Shown here: one piece after another, positions 55,659 to 64,000 of the stretch
Position numbering within the stretch: the stretch's first letter is position 1
Layout of the letters: every line of letters starts with the position of its first letter
DNA from: a candidate division FCPU426 bacterium
GTDB taxonomy: Bacteria > Oederibacteriota > Muellerivitia > Muellerivitales > Muellerivitaceae
Assembly: GCA_963719085.1 (NCBI GenBank)
Contig: CAVRAL010000004.1
Coordinates: 576,001-640,000, forward strand
Length of the DNA stretch: 64,000 bases
Direction of reading: 5' to 3'
Program-made: the position numbers and the translations under genes
Notes under the pieces: model-generated
What the model was told of the DNA's origin: nothing
What the model saw: only the letters and a program-made list of their open reading frames with translations
The model's database searches: none

Positions 55659-57686
55659 ATGAAAATAAAATTCACCGGAATTTTACAAAGACGATTCAAC
55701 CTACTGGTGGTGGCCGGATGGCTGGCCCTGACAGGGCAGGCCGCCCAATGCCAGAACGTGGAACCCAACTCCCTCGGAGACTTAAACACCATGAGCCTAT
55801 CGGAAGACCTTCAAGCCACGGTCCGCGCCCCGGAGTTTCCGGCGGGCGACGCCTGGCTCAATACCGACCATCCCCTTACGATGAAAGAGCTCAAGGGCAA
55901 AATCGTTCTTTTGGATTTTTGGACCTACTGCTGTATCAATTGCATGCATGTCATTCCCGACTTGAAGAGGCTCGAGGATAAATACAAGGATTCTTTAGTC
56001 GTCATCGGGGTGCATTCGGCCAAATTTAAAACCGAAAAAGACACGGATAACATCCGGGAAGCGGTTTTACGTTATGAGGTCCATCACCCCGTTATCAATG
56101 ACAGCGACTTCAAGGTTTGGAGCGGCTATGGCATCCAGGCTTGGCCCTCCTTCGCCTTGATCAATCCCGAAGGCAAGGTGGTGGGGCTCACCTCGGGCGA
56201 AGGCGTCTACGAGACAATGGATCCGATCCTGGCCGAACTGACCGACCATTACAAAAAAGAAGGCAAGCTCAACCTCACCCCTTTCCATTACTCGTTGGAA
56301 AAAGACAAGGTCCCCCAATCCTTTCTTTCTTTTCCCGGCAAACTCGCCGCGGACGAAAAATCGGACACCTTGGTCATTTCCGATTCCAACCACAACCGGA
56401 TCCTGGTCGCCGGGCTCGATGGGAAAATCCGCCAAGCCATCGGTTCGGGCCAATCCGGTTTCCGCGACGGCGATTTTAAAACAGCCGAATTTTTTCATCC
56501 CCAAGGCGTTTTTTTTGATTCAGGGGAAAAAACGATCTACGTGGCCGACACCGAGAACCACGCCATCCGTAAAATTGATTTGAAGGCGGAAACCGTTTCC
56601 ACCTTGGCGGGCAGCGGCCATCAAGCCCGGGGCTACAACCTGGAAGGCCGGGGAAAATCGATCGATCTCAACAGCCCCTGGGACGTCTTGAAAAAAGGCG
56701 ACCTGCTTTATATCGCCATGGCGGGGTCCCACCAAATTTGGACGCTGAATTTAAGCTCCAACGCCGCCTCGGTCTTCGCCGGTTCCTCGCGCGAGGACAT
56801 CTTGGACGGCCCCTTGAAACAAGCGGCCTTGGCCCAGACCAGCGGGCTTTCCACCGATGGCGGTCATCTTTTTTTCGTGGATAGCGAGACTTCGTCCTTA
56901 AGGGAGACGGGTTTTGACCCCTCCGGCTCCGTCACCACTTTGGTGGGCCGGGGACTCTTTGATTTCGGCGACGCCGATGGCCCGGGCCCGAGCGCGCGCT
57001 TTCAGCACCCGATCGGATTGGCCTATCATGACGGAGCGGTTTATGTGGCCGACACCTACAACAACCGCGTGCGCCGCTACGATTTGAAAACCAAAATCGT
57101 CAGCACGGTTTTAGGGGGAAAAGAAGCGGGCTTAAAGGACGGGGACGCCCCCCAATCGCTTTTGAATGAGCCTTGCGGCCTGGCTTTCGCCGGCGAAAAG
57201 ATGTTTATCGCCGACACCAACAACCAGCTCATCCGGGTTTATGATTTGAAAACTGGAAAAATAGGGTCCTTGATGTTGACGGGGCTCAACCAAACCGGGG
57301 TCATGCCGCCCGCGCCCTTGGGAAAACCCTCGGTGGTTTTAGCCGTCCAAGAAGTAAAGCCTTCCGTTAAGGAACTTACCTTCACCCTTCAACTACCAGC
57401 GGGCCTTCAATTGAACCCCCAAGCGCCTTCTGAATTGGAACTGTCTTCGTCCGACGGCTCGGTGGCCAAGATCGCGGCGTCTTCGATTTCCGTCACGGCC
57501 ACGACCTTGACGGTTCCCCTTCAATTAACGCCCGGACAAACCACTTTGAGCCTAAACTTGACCGTCTTTTATTGTTCCCATGGGCAACAGGCGCTTTGTT
57601 ATTTCAAACAGGCGGCGCTGTCCCTGCCTTTAAAAATCTCGGATCAAGGCTCGGATGTCTTGGAGCTGACCTACCCCATCCATTGA
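55659..57686 (+). CDS. Thioredoxin-like + NHL repeat protein (NHLRC2/SOQ1-like)
   Basis: LDFWTYCCINCMH, GVHSAKF..E, NHL repeats (ADTENHAIR, NSPWD, AMAG.HQIW, QHP.G, ADTYN, NEP.GL), C-terminal beta-sandwich with YC...C. Confidence 0.9.
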   Translation: MKIKFTGILQRRFNLLVVAGWLALTGQAAQCQNVEPNSLGDLNTMSLSEDLQATVRAPEFPAGDAWLNTDHPLTMKELKGKIVLLDFWTYCCINCMHVIPDLKRLEDKYKDSLVVIGVHSAKFKTEKDTDNIREAVLRYEVHHPVINDSDFKVWSGYGIQAWPSFALINPEGKVVGLTSGEGVYETMDPILAELTDHYKKEGKLNLTPFHYSLEKDKVPQSFLSFPGKLAADEKSDTLVISDSNHNRILVAGLDGKIRQAIGSGQSGFRDGDFKTAEFFHPQGVFFDSGEKTIYVADTENHAIRKIDLKAETVSTLAGSGHQARGYNLEGRGKSIDLNSPWDVLKKGDLLYIAMAGSHQIWTLNLSSNAASVFAGSSREDILDGPLKQAALAQTSGLSTDGGHLFFVDSETSSLRETGFDPSGSVTTLVGRGLFDFGDADGPGPSARFQHPIGLAYHDGAVYVADTYNNRVRRYDLKTKIVSTVLGGKEAGLKDGDAPQSLLNEPCGLAFAGEKMFIADTNNQLIRVYDLKTGKIGSLMLTGLNQTGVMPPAPLGKPSVVLAVQEVKPSVKELTFTLQLPAGLQLNPQAPSELELSSSDGSVAKIAASSISVTATTLTVPLQLTPGQTTLSLNLTVFYCSHGQQALCYFKQAALSLPLKISDQGSDVLELTYPIH

Positions 57687-57764
57687 CGATGGAAGGAGAT
57701 GGATTTACCTGAAGGGGCCTCAAAATGACTTGACCCTCTCCAGGGCCGCCTTTAGTCTTTCCCC

Positions 57765-59456
57765 ATGTCCAAGCTCCTTTTGTTTTTCCAATCGCCTTCC
57801 GCTTTTTTAAAATCCAACCCGTTCCTTCGCTTTCGGCAAGAACTGCCTTGGTTTGTGCGGGGCGACCTGGACGGCTTTTTCGGCCTCTTCATGGATAATC
57901 TGCTCCAGTTGATGCTCATCGGGGGGCTTTGTAAATTTTTCTGCGGCTTCTCTTCCGACTTTATCACGGGTCAAATTTTGCCCGGAGCCGCCCTGTCCAT
58001 TCTTTTAGGAAACCTGTTTTACGCTTGGCAGGCCCGCCGCTTGGCGATCGCCTCCGGCCGCTCGGATGTCACCGCGCTTCCTTTTGGCATCAATACGCCG
58101 AGCTTGATCGCCTTTATTTTTCTCATCATGGCCCCGGTCTACCAAGAAACGAAGGATTGGCACCTGGCCTGGCAAGCGGGTCTTTTCGCCTGCCTTTTAA
58201 ACGGGCTCATGGAAATTGGCGGCGCCTTTTGCGGCGATTGGCTGAGGCGCAACACGCCCCGGGCGGCGCTGCTTTGCGCGCTGGCGGGCGTGGCCATGAC
58301 CTTTATTTCCATGGGATTTATCTTTCAAATTTTTTCCCATCCCCTGGTGGGCTTGGTTCCCATGCTTCTCATTTTGATCAGTTACTCCTCCCGGGTGAAA
58401 TGGCCCCTTTCGCTTCCGGGCGGTTTTTTCGCCGTGGCGCTCGGCACGATCTTGGCTTGGATTTTCCATTCCATCATCGGCATTCCCTTGAATGTCTCCA
58501 CCGACCCGATCCATTGGTCGCTCAATCTGCCCCATCCGGTGCCCGTGGATCTGTTTGCCCTTTTCACCAGCGCCGCGGGCTGGAAATATTTGGCGATTAT
58601 TTTTCCCATGGGTCTTTTTAACGTCATTGGTTCCCTGCAAAACCTGGAAAGCGCCGAGGCCGGCGGGGACCGTTATCCCACCAAACCGTCGCTTTTAGTG
58701 AACGGCTTGGCCACCTTATTGGCCGCTTTTTTTGGCAGCGCCTTTCCCACGACGATTTATATCGGCCATCCGGGGTGGAAATCCATGGGCGCCCGCCACG
58801 GCTATTCGATCCTCAACGGCGCGGTGATCAGTTTGTTGTGCCTTTTCGGCGGGGTCACCTTATTCCTGAAATTCATCCCCCAGGAATGCATCTTGGGGAT
58901 CCTGCTTTGGATCGCCATCATCATTACGGCCCAGGCCTTCCAGGAAATCCCCAAAGAACACGCGCTGGCGGTGGCTTTTGGCCTGATCCCGGCTTTCGCG
59001 GCCTTTATTTTGGAGCTGGTGGTGGAGCCCACCCTGCAGGCGGCGGGGCTTCCCCTGGCCCTGGCCGTCGACAAATTGAACGCCGCGGGCCTTTCCATTC
59101 AAGGCGTGATTTATCTGAACCAGGGCTTTTTGCTCACCTCCATGATTTTCGCGGCGTCTTTGGTTTATATGATCGAGAAAAAATTCCTGAAGGCCGCTCA
59201 ATGGCTTTTCGCGGCGTCCGGCCTCTCGCTGGTCGGACTTATCCATGCTTATCATTTGACCCTGGAAGAGGGGCTTCAAAATAAATTCGGTTTGGTGGCC
59301 GCGCCTGAGTTCGCGGTGGTTTACGCGCTGGTGGGCGGCATTCTTTTAATGCTGCACTATCGATTAAAATCCAACGGCAAATCCCGCAAACGCAAAACCA
59401 AAAAAGACAAGCCGGAAGCCCCGGCCGCCCCCAAACGAAGCGTGGGTTATCTTTAA
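57765..59456 (+). CDS. NCS2/AzgA-like nucleobase permease
   Basis: GDLDGFFGL..DNL, TALPFGINT, ESA.AGGD.Y and PTTIYIGHPGWK motifs. Confidence 0.88.
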   Translation: MSKLLLFFQSPSAFLKSNPFLRFRQELPWFVRGDLDGFFGLFMDNLLQLMLIGGLCKFFCGFSSDFITGQILPGAALSILLGNLFYAWQARRLAIASGRSDVTALPFGINTPSLIAFIFLIMAPVYQETKDWHLAWQAGLFACLLNGLMEIGGAFCGDWLRRNTPRAALLCALAGVAMTFISMGFIFQIFSHPLVGLVPMLLILISYSSRVKWPLSLPGGFFAVALGTILAWIFHSIIGIPLNVSTDPIHWSLNLPHPVPVDLFALFTSAAGWKYLAIIFPMGLFNVIGSLQNLESAEAGGDRYPTKPSLLVNGLATLLAAFFGSAFPTTIYIGHPGWKSMGARHGYSILNGAVISLLCLFGGVTLFLKFIPQECILGILLWIAIIITAQAFQEIPKEHALAVAFGLIPAFAAFILELVVEPTLQAAGLPLALAVDKLNAAGLSIQGVIYLNQGFLLTSMIFAASLVYMIEKKFLKAAQWLFAASGLSLVGLIHAYHLTLEEGLQNKFGLVAAPEFAVVYALVGGILLMLHYRLKSNGKSRKRKTKKDKPEAPAAPKRSVGYL

Positions 59457-59463
59457 CATCGCG

Positions 59464-60330
59464 TTGAAGCCGGATGCCTTATGGCGGAAGATAGGCCCTG
59501 TTTTTCCACTTTTTCCGGGAGGGTTTCTTTTGCGCGTCTTGAACGTTTTGAGCGTTTTTTTTCTTATCATCGGCTTGGCTGGCTTCGCCGGCGCCCAAAC
59601 TCCCGCGGAGCCGCCAACACCTGCCACCGCGCCGGTGAATGAATCCGCCTTTACCTGGCAGCAGCCTTCCCAAGCCGACGGCATTTTGCTTTATTGGTCC
59701 AAGGTGCCCGACACCGATATCGTTGCCTTTAAGGGTGAAGGCATCGTGGACGCCCCCATGGACAAGGTCGCCACCATCATTGTGGATACCACCCGCGGCA
59801 CCGAATGGATCGACGGCCTGGTGGAATCGAAGGTTTTAAAATCCGTTTCCCCCACCCAGTTCGTCGAATACGACCATCAAGGCGTGCCCTTTCCTTTTGA
59901 CCAGCTCATCTCAGATAGGGATTTCGTCTCCCAGGTGACCATCGCGCCCGCGCCCGAAGTCCACGGACTCACCATCAGCTATGTGGCCACCGAGGATCCC
60001 TCCATGCCGCCCACTAAAAAATATGTGCGGGGGGAACTGCGCTATTGCGTTTTTAAATTGATGCCCATGACCCTGGTGAATCAAACCTATGTGGTGGCCG
60101 AGGTGGACGCCGACCCCAAGGGTCATCTGGCGCCCTGGCTGGTGAATTTTTTTCAGGAAGGTTGGCCGCACACGACTTTTCAAAACTTGAGGCGGGAAGC
60201 CCAAAAAACCAACATCACGCCCTTTCCCTGGATTGACGCCCTTGTTGCCTCCACCGGACCCTTCGCCTGGCAGGCCCCGGACGCCAAGCCGCCTCGGCCC
60301 CAAGGCAAGCCCAGACGCTTCCTCAACTAA
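59464..60330 (+). CDS. Exported START/SRPBCC domain protein
   Basis: GI.LY, AFKGEG.VD, PFP...SDRDFV, DPKG..APW.VN; signal peptide. Start uncertain. Confidence 0.8.
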   Translation: MKPDALWRKIGPVFPLFPGGFLLRVLNVLSVFFLIIGLAGFAGAQTPAEPPTPATAPVNESAFTWQQPSQADGILLYWSKVPDTDIVAFKGEGIVDAPMDKVATIIVDTTRGTEWIDGLVESKVLKSVSPTQFVEYDHQGVPFPFDQLISDRDFVSQVTIAPAPEVHGLTISYVATEDPSMPPTKKYVRGELRYCVFKLMPMTLVNQTYVVAEVDADPKGHLAPWLVNFFQEGWPHTTFQNLRREAQKTNITPFPWIDALVASTGPFAWQAPDAKPPRPQGKPRRFLN

Positions 60331-60835
60331 CCTTTGGCTCCGTCGGGGGCTGAACAGCCGACTCGGTTTTGGGAATCACGCTGATCTGGCCGCTTTCTTC
60401 CAAAATGGCGTAGCGCACCTTTTCGATATCCACCACCCCGCTCTTGCGAAAAGCCGCCTGCAGGTCTTCCATGGCGATATGTTCGTGCATCATGCGGTGC
60501 TGGAACACTTTCCCATTGTGGACCAAAAGGGTGGGCTCCCCGGTCATCACCCTTCGCAGGGATTTGGAACGGGAGGTGAAAACCACCAACGCGTAATTCA
60601 GGCCCAGAATGACCACCGCCCCCAGCATTCCCCCGCCCAAGGAGTTATCGTTGCCAATCACGGCGTTTTGAACGACGTTGGAAATGATGAGCAGGACCAC
60701 TAGGTCAAAGGGCGTCAATTGGCCCACTTGCCTTTTGCCGGTAAACCGGAAAGCGATCAGCAGGAATAAATAAATAACCACCGAACGGACAATTTTTTCC
60801 CAAACCGGAATATCCGGAATCCATAAATGACCCAT
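60323..60835 (-). CDS. DUF421 (YetF) domain protein
   Basis: GKRQVGQLTPFDLV, GEP.LLV.NG, AILE.SG.ISV. Confidence 0.9.
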   Translation of the reverse strand: MGHLWIPDIPVWEKIVRSVVIYLFLLIAFRFTGKRQVGQLTPFDLVVLLIISNVVQNAVIGNDNSLGGGMLGAVVILGLNYALVVFTSRSKSLRRVMTGEPTLLVHNGKVFQHRMMHEHIAMEDLQAAFRKSGVVDIEKVRYAILEESGQISVIPKTESAVQPPTEPKVS

Positions 60836-60855
60836 GGGACCCGCCTTTCTGAAAT

Positions 60856-60886
60856 AAAAAAGGCCTTCCCGCAAGGGAAGGCCTTT
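60856..60886 (-). terminator. Rho-independent terminator after ridA
   Basis: Minus strand reads AAAGGCCTTCCC-TTGC-GGGAAGGCCTTTTTT. Confidence 0.8.
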
Positions 60887-60907
60887 AAAGTTTAACCTTT
60901 TTTAAGG

Positions 60908-61291
60908 TCAGCCGACATAAGCATCGGCCTCGATCTCCACCAGCATTTCGGGATCGATTAATTTGGAAACCTCGACGATGGCCATGGCGGGCCGAATCTC
61001 GCCAAATATCTCGCCGTGGGCCCGGCCGTATTTTTCCCACTCGCTGATCTTGGTCACGTAAAGACGGGTGCGCACCACGTCTTTAAAAGAGGCTCCGGCT
61101 TTGGCCAAAGCTTCCCCGATCGTCTTAAGCGCCAGCTGGGTCTGGACATAAGGATCCGGCGCGAATTTGCCGTCCGGGCCCGCGCCCGTGGTTCCGGACA
61201 CATGGATCATATTGCCCGCCTTCACCGCCCTTGAATAACCCAGAATGGGCTCCCACTTCGAGCCCGTACTGATGTTCTCACGTTTCGACAT
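60908..61291 (-). CDS. RidA/YjgF family protein
   Basis: WE...GYSRAV, VSGT, DVVRTR.Y, IRPA, LVEIEA. Confidence 0.92.
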   Translation of the reverse strand: MSKRENISTGSKWEPILGYSRAVKAGNMIHVSGTTGAGPDGKFAPDPYVQTQLALKTIGEALAKAGASFKDVVRTRLYVTKISEWEKYGRAHGEIFGEIRPAMAIVEVSKLIDPEMLVEIEADAYVG

Positions 61292-61343
61292 GCCTTGCTC
61301 CTTCGGATAATGAAAGTTTTCTAATGCTCGACTGAGGCGTTTG

Positions 61344-61403
61344 TAGTGAGGAGTGATGAGTTAAAAGTCTGGATTTCAACTTCTAACTTCGAACTCCTAA
61401 CTA
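61344..61403. repeat. Inverted-repeat element of 7-bp tandem units
   Basis: AGT-GAGGAGT-GATGAGT-TAAAAGT ... ACTTCTA-ACTTCGA-ACTCCTA-ACT. Confidence 0.7.
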
Positions 61404-61407
61404 GCTT

Positions 61408-61728
61408 TTAGGAGGCTCCCGTCTTGCGGGGCGCGTTGACCTGTTTGGTCAGATGGGCTCCCGGGGCGTGAGGCTTGGGCGCCCCGGTGCGCTCGTGGGA
61501 ATGGCCATGGCCGTGCGGATGATCGTGTCCGGAATGGTCATGCCCTTCGTGGTCATGGCCCTCGGCCTTCACCTTCTCGGCCGCTTCGGCGTTGATCTTG
61601 GTTAAGGCCTCGCTCTTGGCCTTTTCATCGGCTTCCAGGTGGCATTTCTTGTATTTTTTCTTGGACCCACAGGGACAGTCGTCGTTGCGCCCGGTTTTCA
61701 GTCTTGTCTGCCAGTCTTGATCCGCCAT
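61408..61728 (-). CDS. SEC-C motif protein with His-rich tail
   Basis: GRNDDCPCGSKKKYKKCH and GHDH repeats; AAGGAG RBS. Confidence 0.85.
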   Translation of the reverse strand: MADQDWQTRLKTGRNDDCPCGSKKKYKKCHLEADEKAKSEALTKINAEAAEKVKAEGHDHEGHDHSGHDHPHGHGHSHERTGAPKPHAPGAHLTKQVNAPRKTGAS

Positions 61729-61754
61729 GATTGACTCCTTCGTTCAACTCGTCG

Positions 61755-63425
61755 TTATTTTTTGGAACCGCTCTTGGCCGCGTCCTTGGCCCGTTTGGCT
61801 TCCAGCGCCTGGAAATCCAGGAAGTCGGCGTAGTTGCCTTTGAAATCATAAAAAGTACCGTCGGGCCTGAGCTCGAAAATCCGGTTGGCCACCTTGGAAA
61901 TAAGGTCCTGGTCATGGCTGGAAAAAACCACCGTGCCCGTGTATTCGGCCAAAGACGTGCTCAGTGACTCGATAGATTCCAAATCCATGTGGTTGGTGGG
62001 CTCGTCCATAATCAATACATTCGCCCCCTCCAGCATGAGCCGGGACAAAACCATGCGCTGACACTCGCCCCCCGAAAGCACCTTCACGCTCTTGTCCTGC
62101 TCCTCGCCGGAAAAAAGCATGCGGCCCAGCATACCCCGGATGACCTGGCCTTCTTCCATCGGCGCGAACTGCCGCAGCCATTCCAAGGCCGTCATATCGC
62201 TGGTGAGCTCTTCCTTCACATCCTGGGGCATGCTGGAAAGTTTGACCGTGCTTCCCCAGGTAATGGTTCCCTCGTCGATCGTCAGCCCCCATTGAGCCAG
62301 CGTCGAGCCTTCAGCCTTATAAGACCCGGCCAGGCATTTGATCAAGGTGGTTTTTCCGATACCGTTGGGCCCGATGATGGCGACCTTGTCGCCGTTGCCC
62401 ACGATCAAGCTGATCTTGTTGAGGACCTTCAAGTCGCCGTAACTTTTGCTGATGCTTTTCACGTTGAGGATATCTTTGCCCGCTCCTTGTTTTTCCTTAA
62501 AGAAGAGACGCGGATACTGCCGGGTCGTGGGAATAATTTCTTCCAGCTCGATCTTTTCCAACAACCGGGCCCGGCTGGTGGCTTGGGCGCTTTTGCTGGC
62601 GTTGGCCGAGAAGCGGGCCACGAAAGCCTTCAGCTCGCCGATTTGTTTTTCTTTACGGGCGTTTTCCGTCATCTTGGCGTCCATGACTTGCTTGGAAGCC
62701 TGCATGAAATAATCATAGTTGCCGGTGTAGATGGTCACCTTTTGGCGGTCCACGTCGGCGATATGGGTGCAGATGTGGTTGATGAAATGGCGGTCATGGC
62801 TGATGGCGATGATGGTGCCTTCGTAGCTGTTCAGGTAATCTTCCAACCAATCAATGGTTTTAATATCCAGGTTGTTGGTGGGTTCATCGAGGAGCAGCAC
62901 GTCGGGCTTGGCGTAAAGCACTTGGGCCAAGAGCACCCGCACCTTCCAACCGCCGGTGAGCTGCTTCATTTTCCAATCGTGCTTGGCCGTGTCGATGCCT
63001 AATCCCTCCAAAAGCTCGCCCGCTCCCGCGGCGATGGTATAGCCGTCCATATCCCCGAACTCGGCTTCCAGCTCGGCGGCCCGCAGTCCCTCGTCATGGC
63101 TCATCTCGGCTTTAGCGTAAAGCGCGTCTTTCTCCTGCTGGATTTTCCAAAGATTTTCCCGGCCCATGAGGACCGTGTCGATGACGCTGAACTCGTCGAA
63201 GGCGTATTGATCCTGTTTGAGCATGGCCACCTTGACGCCGCGGTCAATGACGATCTCGCCCTCGTCGGCCTTGATTTGACCGGCCAAAATTTTCATGAAG
63301 GTGGACTTGCCCGCGCCGTTGGCCCCGATCAACCCGTAACAATAGCCCGGATTAAATTTGACCGTGACATGGTCGAAAAGTACTTTTTTACCGAAATGAA
63401 GGGAAATATCTTGAGCCGAAATCAT
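61755..63425 (-). CDS. ABC-F family ATPase (YbiT-like)
   Basis: Two ABC domains without TMs: GANGAGKST, LLLDEPTN, SHDRHF, GPNGIGKT, LSGGE; linker ARFSANASK..QATSR. Confidence 0.93.
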   Translation of the reverse strand: MISAQDISLHFGKKVLFDHVTVKFNPGYCYGLIGANGAGKSTFMKILAGQIKADEGEIVIDRGVKVAMLKQDQYAFDEFSVIDTVLMGRENLWKIQQEKDALYAKAEMSHDEGLRAAELEAEFGDMDGYTIAAGAGELLEGLGIDTAKHDWKMKQLTGGWKVRVLLAQVLYAKPDVLLLDEPTNNLDIKTIDWLEDYLNSYEGTIIAISHDRHFINHICTHIADVDRQKVTIYTGNYDYFMQASKQVMDAKMTENARKEKQIGELKAFVARFSANASKSAQATSRARLLEKIELEEIIPTTRQYPRLFFKEKQGAGKDILNVKSISKSYGDLKVLNKISLIVGNGDKVAIIGPNGIGKTTLIKCLAGSYKAEGSTLAQWGLTIDEGTITWGSTVKLSSMPQDVKEELTSDMTALEWLRQFAPMEEGQVIRGMLGRMLFSGEEQDKSVKVLSGGECQRMVLSRLMLEGANVLIMDEPTNHMDLESIESLSTSLAEYTGTVVFSSHDQDLISKVANRIFELRPDGTFYDFKGNYADFLDFQALEAKRAKDAAKSGSKK

Positions 63426-63521
63426 GAAACACCTTTAACAAGGCCCCTTTTTAGGGCATGGGATGAGAGAAGCGCAATTGTCGAATGATTTGAGGGGGGA
63501 GTCAAGGGCCGAATCAGGGGC

Positions 63522-64000
63522 TTAAGGCCTCGGGGGCGCCTGGCCTAAAGCCAAGTTCAGCCCGGATTGGGCCTCTTCGTATTGGGGATCTTGCTTTAAG
63601 GCGGCCCGAAAAGCGCTCAAAGCGCCTGGACGGTCCCCTTTCCTTAAAAGAAGGCTCCCCAGTTTGAAATAAAGCTGGGCCGCCGGGTATCCCTGCTTGA
63701 TGGCTTGGCGCAGCGCGTCGAGATGATCCTCCCAGTGGGTCTGATAGGAATAGTCATAATCAAACTCACCCCTTCGTTCCCAATAGCAAGCTTCTAAAAA
63801 ACGGTCTTGCGGGATCAGGGGAGGCGGATTTTCAAAATCCTTTTGAGCCCGCTCGTAACTTTCCGGGTTGTTGATATCGCAAAGATCCTCGCTTAAGCGC
63901 CGGAAATAGGCGTGGGCGCCAAGCCAGCGCGTAAGCCGGGGAAGGTTTTGCGCGTTGTTAGGGATCACTCCCAAGACGAACCCCTTGTCGAAAGGCGTCC
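63522..64000 (-). CDS. C-terminal part of a TPR-containing protein, paralogous to the C-terminus of 35691-37787 (5' truncated by window edge)
   Basis: Frame is open to the window edge. TPR LYFKLG.LL...GD...A..AF..AL..DP; P.D.FL..C..E motif shared with 35691-37787. Confidence 0.7.
   Translation of the reverse strand, partial: TPFDKGFVLGVIPNNAQNLPRLTRWLGAHAYFRRLSEDLCDINNPESYERAQKDFENPPPLIPQDRFLEACYWERRGEFDYDYSYQTHWEDHLDALRQAIKQGYPAAQLYFKLGSLLLRKGDRPGALSAFRAALKQDPQYEEAQSGLNLALGQAPPRP

Overview
Chromosomal, non-mobile segment of a diderm bacterium of moderately high GC; it encodes many outer-membrane beta-barrels, TolC and lipoproteins, and the lineage cannot be assigned from sequence alone. No rRNA, CRISPR array, integrase, transposase or prophage was seen. 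Recognisable content: two tRNA-Ser genes; a head-to-head CrtC-like hydratase and carotenoid glycosyltransferase pair; perR-ahpC; pentose-phosphate genes (tkt, zwf-opcA-pgl); a DUF1800/DUF1501 pair; two tandem eukaryote-like type II NADH dehydrogenases; a degenerate PstS; cysH; aroK; an acyl-CoA dehydrogenase; a MarR-TolC-EmrA-EmrB efflux operon; an NHLRC2-like thioredoxin-NHL protein; an ABC-F ATPase; and several GT-C/TPR envelope proteins. The most interesting signals missed by the ORF track are: (1) a 27-codon ORF coupled to ahpC by a TGATG overlap, with an in-frame TGA followed by a SECIS-like hairpin (candidate selenopeptide); (2) an Aur1/PAP2-type lipid phosphotransferase fused to a shrunken PEP-synthase-like ATP-grasp domain; (3) intergenic inverted-repeat elements built from 7-, 8-, 9- and 10-bp tandem units; (4) a shared AAC-N17-CGT ECF-type promoter in front of four envelope genes; (5) a candidate sRNA with C-rich loops; (6) a duplicated tRNA 5' end; (7) several apparently leaderless genes. 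All family calls come from motif recognition by eye, not from database searches.
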